Assembly: GCF_004010195.1 (NCBI RefSeq)
Contig: NC_057728.1
Coordinates: 51,046,048-51,071,073 of the forward strand
Origin: Chiloscyllium plagiosum
Taxonomy: Eukaryota
Direction of reading: 5' to 3'
Length of the DNA: 25,026 nt
The notes below the pieces were generated by a model. That model had not been told where the DNA came from, did not search any database, and saw nothing but the letters and a program-made list of their open reading frames with translations. The translations under genes were made by a program, and so were the position numbers. This document shows, in pieces, positions 21,250 through 25,026 of this stretch; the first letter of the stretch is position 1; the number at the start of each line of letters is the position of its first letter.

Positions 21250-22620
21250 TAGAGGCAAGTGAGGAAAAGCTAATGTATTTGTGACTGGAAATTTGTTCAG
21301 GTAGGGTTCTCCAAGGATCAGAAATAGGTCCCTTGCTCTTTGAGGTGAAAACTAATAGTTTAGATTTAAATATAGTATAGCGTTCATGATCAATAAGCTT
21401 TCAATGCTGCAAATTTAGCCCTGTGGTTGGTGAGGATGAAAGCTGCAAGAAGCTATCAATGGACTAGTCAGATGGGCAGGAAACATGCAAATGGAACTCA
21501 GCCCGAGAGAATTGTAAAACAATGTGTTTGAGGAGATCAAACAAGGTAAGGGATAGTGAGATGTGTGGAGGAATAGAGAGAGATCTTGGAGTTCATTATT
21601 CAAAGATCTCTGAAGATGGCATGACAGGTAGATACTGGTACGTTTGACAGGTACACTCTGGATGTACCTACCCTCCCTGTTCAAGAAGGCATCACCACCT
21701 GCTCAAGGGTAATTAGGGATGGGCATAAACGCTGGCCAAGGCAATGACCCCCACATTCCGTGAATGAATTTAAAAGGGATAAGTGGATAAGATGGTTGAG
21801 AGGGTATTTGGGATACTTCCTATAATTCACAGAAATAAGAACTGTTTGAAAGAAATAGCTAGGCCACAACAGTGCACTGCATACAATTGTGGTCACTGCA
21901 GTCAAAAAGGGTGTGACCACACTAGGGAGAGTACAGAGGAGATTTACTGAGGATGTTACAGGGAATGCAGAATTTCAGGTATGATCAAATAGACAGAGTG
22001 CATTCCCTTTGGAACACAGGATGCTGGGGGAGTTTAATTGAGGTGTGCAAAATTAAGGAGCTTAGAAAATTTGTCAAAGGAGGGTTGTTTCCCTCAGCAG
22101 AGTCAAGATTAGAGTGGTGCTGGAAAAGCACAGCAGGTCAGGCAGCATCTGAGGAGCAGGAAAATCAATGTTTCGGGCAAAAGCCCTTCATCAGGAATCT
22201 GATGATTCCACATGAAGGGCTTTTGCCCGAAACATTGATTTTCCTGCTCCTCAGATGCTGCCTGACCTGCTGTGCTTTTCATGAACCACTCTAATCTTGA
22301 CTCTGATCTCCAGCATCTGCAGTCCTCACTTTTCCCTCAGCAGATTGGCAATAGCAGTAGATGTAGATTTTAAGTAATTGGCAGAAGGGTTAGAGGGGAC
22401 TTGAGAGTTTTTTTGTTTCATGCAGAGTGTGGTGAAACTCACTGCCCGAAAGGGTTGTAGAGGCAGAAATACTGACCACATATTGAAGCAAAACACTTGA
22501 AGGAGCACTTGAAATGCAAGAACCTAGAGTGCTATAGACGAAGAGTTGGATGAGGCTTGAGGTAACAAAAATGATGGGCTGAATAGTTTACTTCTGTGCA
22601 ATAAGTGTTAGCCATTCTAG
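21250..22620 (+). mobile_element. Decayed CR1 RT/3' region hosting a second-family LINE tail (~21650-21775) and a PLE palindrome
   Basis: gtagggttctccaaggatcagaaataggtcccttgctcttt (PQGSxxGPLLF), later gtacagaggagatttactgaggatgtt (VQRRFTRM) and the CR1 3' end. Confidence 0.75.
22102..22330. mobile_element. Palindromic PLE mini-element with 14-bp target-site duplication
   Basis: Arms at about 22099-22199 and 22204-22304 are near-perfect reverse complements. tttccctcagcaga occurs at 22088-22101 and 22331-22344. Confidence 0.9.
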
Positions 22621-23581
22621 GATAAGTATTTTACAAAACCACCTTGCCTTTGTACTTTTTTTGCCTTTATTGATAATGCCAAGGATTCCACTTGTGTTTT
22701 GAACTACCTTTTTGATGTGAAAAGATCTGAGAATCCTTAGACTTTCTGCTGATCAGAGAGAGCCAGCAGGATTGGTAAAGCGAAGGTCACACCTGATCAA
22801 TCTTATTTGGAAGAGGTAACTGCAGTCATGGACGGGGCAGTGTTTCTGGATGTTGTTTATATGGACTTCCCGAAGGCACTTGACACGGTTCCACATTAGA
22901 GTCTGCCAGCTAAAGCTGAAGTTTGTGGAATTGCAAGTATATTATTAATGAATGTGTTGGGAAATTGGCTGACTAACAAGAAACTGAGATAATAGGCAGG
23001 ATATGATGAACAGTGTCATGCAGGATTTGACTTAAGATCTCAACCATTCATCATATTTATTAATGGCTGGGGTGATAGGATAGAAGGACATATCCAAACT
23101 TGGTAATAATACAAAGATAAGCAATACAACAAACACGTAAAAATAAAATATATTGATAGATTAAATGAATAGACAAACCTGGTGAATGTGGAGATGGTCA
23201 GGTAGTGGTAATGTCACTGATCACGGCCTCTGAATTTCTAGCCTAATGATGTAGATTGAATTTAAATTATACTAGCTGTAGTGGAATATCAGTGAATAAA
23301 TCTGGAATATAAAGGTGGCCTCAGCAATAGTGACCATAACAACTGTCACTGATTATAGGAAAAAGTCATCTGCTTTACCAATGATCTTTATTGTGAGAAA
23401 TCTGTTCTAAACCTGGTCTGGCCAATACACAATTGCAGATCCAAAACAATGTAGTTGGCTCTTTACTTCCCTCTGAAATAAAGTCATAGAATCATAGAGG
23501 TTTACAGCATGGCTCTTCAGCCCAACTTGTCCATGCTATTGTTTTAACAATTCTGATTTGCCTGTGTTTGGTCCATATCTA

Positions 23582-23815
23582 GAAGAGAAAATGAGGTCTG
23601 CAAATGCTGGAGATCAGAGATGGAAATGTGTTGCTGGAGAAGCGCAGCAGGTCAGGCAGCATCTAGGGAACAGGAGAATCGACGTTTCGGGCATTAGCCC
23701 TTCTTCAGGAATGAATGATTCATTCCTGAAGAAGGGCTAATGCCCGAAACGTCGATTCTCCTGTTCCCTAGATGCTGCCTGACCTGCTGCGCTTCTCCAG
23801 CAACACATTTCCATC
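23582..23815. mobile_element. Young palindromic PLE mini-element with 15-bp target-site duplication and hammerhead motif on both strands
   Basis: 23618-23716 and 23718-23816 are exact reverse complements. tttggtccatatcta occurs at 23567-23581 and 23816-23830. Confidence 0.93.
23723..23756 (+). ncRNA. Minimal hammerhead ribozyme motif (mirror copy on minus strand at 23678-23711)
   Basis: uuc-CUGAAGA-A-GGGC-UAAU-GCCC-GAAAC-GUC-gau. All core bases and CpGs intact, short stem I. Confidence 0.62.
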
Positions 23816-24815
23816 TTTGGTCCATATCTATCCCATTCATGGTCTAGCAAGCCACTCTGTTCAAAGGCAATTAAGAATGGGCATCAAATGCTCACCTTGC
23901 CTATGATACCCACATCCCATGAATTTTAAAAAAAAGGGCAACAATTGTGAAGCTGATTTGGACTTTGGAAAGTTAGAACAAAGAACAGTCTGAATGGTAC
24001 TGCATGAGAAAAAATGGCAGTCCGCAGAGACTTGGAGGTTCAGGTACACAAGTTATTGAAATGTTGTGAACAGATATGGAGAATAATTAAAGAGCCAAAA
24101 GGAATATAGGCCTTTATGGCTAGTAGAATAGAAGAGAATGAATGTTCTGAACCTAAATAACTCTGAAACCAAACCTAGTGTTGCTCTCAGTAGTTCTGCC
24201 CAGAACACCCTTAGCCTACGAGAGTACCCGAATTAGGTAAAATTACGAGGAGACATTACCCAAGCTAGGGTTTTCCTCCCTGGAATTTGGGGGTGACATT
24301 TTCAAGATGTTAAGGAAAACGTGGAAAAATGTCGCTTGAAAGAAAGCTTTTCCATTGGACGAGGGAGCATGACCTGAAGATTAGAGCCAGGCTTTCCGGA
24401 ATGATATTTGGGAACACATCAGCACCCACATTTGGAACTCTCTTGCACCTATGCTAATTGATGCCAGAACAATGGTTAATATTAAAACCAAGGTTGGCGA
24501 TTGTTGTTAACCAAAGATACTTAGGGATATTGAGTAAAAATGGATGTATGAAGTTTGTTTTGTAGCAACTGTAATCTCACTTAATGGTGGAACAGGGAGG
24601 ATTGGTGAAATAGTGGCTTCCTTTGTTGTCCTACCTTTTGTAGACGTGTTTATATTCAATGCAAGGTTTCTCTGCCATCCACCACCTTTAAAATTATACC
24701 ATTTAATAGATAATTCTTCTCCAAGTTCTTTCTACCAAAGTGATTGCTCCATACCTCTCTGTGGTAAACTTCATTTGCCACATGTCTGACTGTATTTGCC
24801 CCTTGGGCGAGACTA

Positions 24816-25026
24816 GAGTCATAGAGATGTACAGCATTTATCTGAATTAACATCTGTCCATGCCGACCAGATATCCCAACCCAATCTAGTCCCACCTGCC
24901 AGCACCCGGCCCATATTCCTCCAAACCCTTCCTATTCATATACCCATCCAAATGCCTCTTAAATGTTGCATTTGTACCAGCCTCCACCACTTCCTCTGGC
25001 AGCTCATTCCATACACGTACCACCCT
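24816..25026 (-). mobile_element. CR1/HER1-type LINE 3' end, running off the window edge
   Basis: agagtcatagagatgtacagc...ccagcctccaccacttcctctggcagctcattcc, same as 1087-1300. Confidence 0.9.

Larger units (their letters stand above)
23190..23936 (+). mobile_element. SlmI/MetaSINE-like SINE split by a CR1 tail (~23482-23838) that holds the palindrome
   Basis: Head ggtagtggtaatgtcactg. The body breaks at ccctctgaaat (about 23479) and resumes at atggtctagcaagccact...cccacatcccatgaattttaaaaaaaa. Confidence 0.8.
22760..24620 (+). mobile_element. Old CR1 RT to 3' region, interrupted by a SINE at ~23190-23936
   Basis: EEVT...LDVVYMDFPKALDTVPH at about 22810-22900, resuming after 23940 with QRDLxVQVH-like sequence and the CR1 3' region. 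Confidence 0.8.

Noticed and set aside
22102..23815. Reading the two palindromes as classical DNA-transposon MITEs
   Set aside because: One-sided tails, unequal 14/15-bp TSDs and homology to the terminal repeat following a GIY-YIG remnant (12660-12750) point to Penelope-type retrotransposition.
17139..25026. Next TSPAN9 exon (expected to begin roughly LCGCGLLGVGIWL)
   Set aside because: Not found by eye or in the ORF track; the intron apparently extends beyond the window.

Overview
Eukaryotic, repeat-dense DNA, most likely from a shark or other cartilaginous fish (HE1-type SINEs, HER1/CR1 LINEs). The only host gene I can support is the first coding exon of a TSPAN9 orthologue (+, 17059-17138, MARGCLCCLKYLMFLFNLIFW|gtaagt). 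It lies in a ~1.4 kb repeat-free island, and an open frame upstream could add 91 aa to the N-terminus. Most of the rest is a nested stack of decayed retroelements: CR1, a second LINE family with its partner tRNA-SINE, Rex1/Babar, HE1 SINEs and Penelope-like elements (PLEs). The most striking signal is a set of short PLE-terminal-repeat elements from at least four sequence families, each carrying a minimal hammerhead-ribozyme motif. Several are built as head-to-head palindromes, and two are flanked by exact 14-15 bp target-site duplications, one of them a perfect 99 bp + 1 nt + 99 bp palindrome. A separate foldback-like inverted repeat with tandem subunits is also present. Family names are from recalled similarity, not database searches, and most repeat boundaries are approximate.
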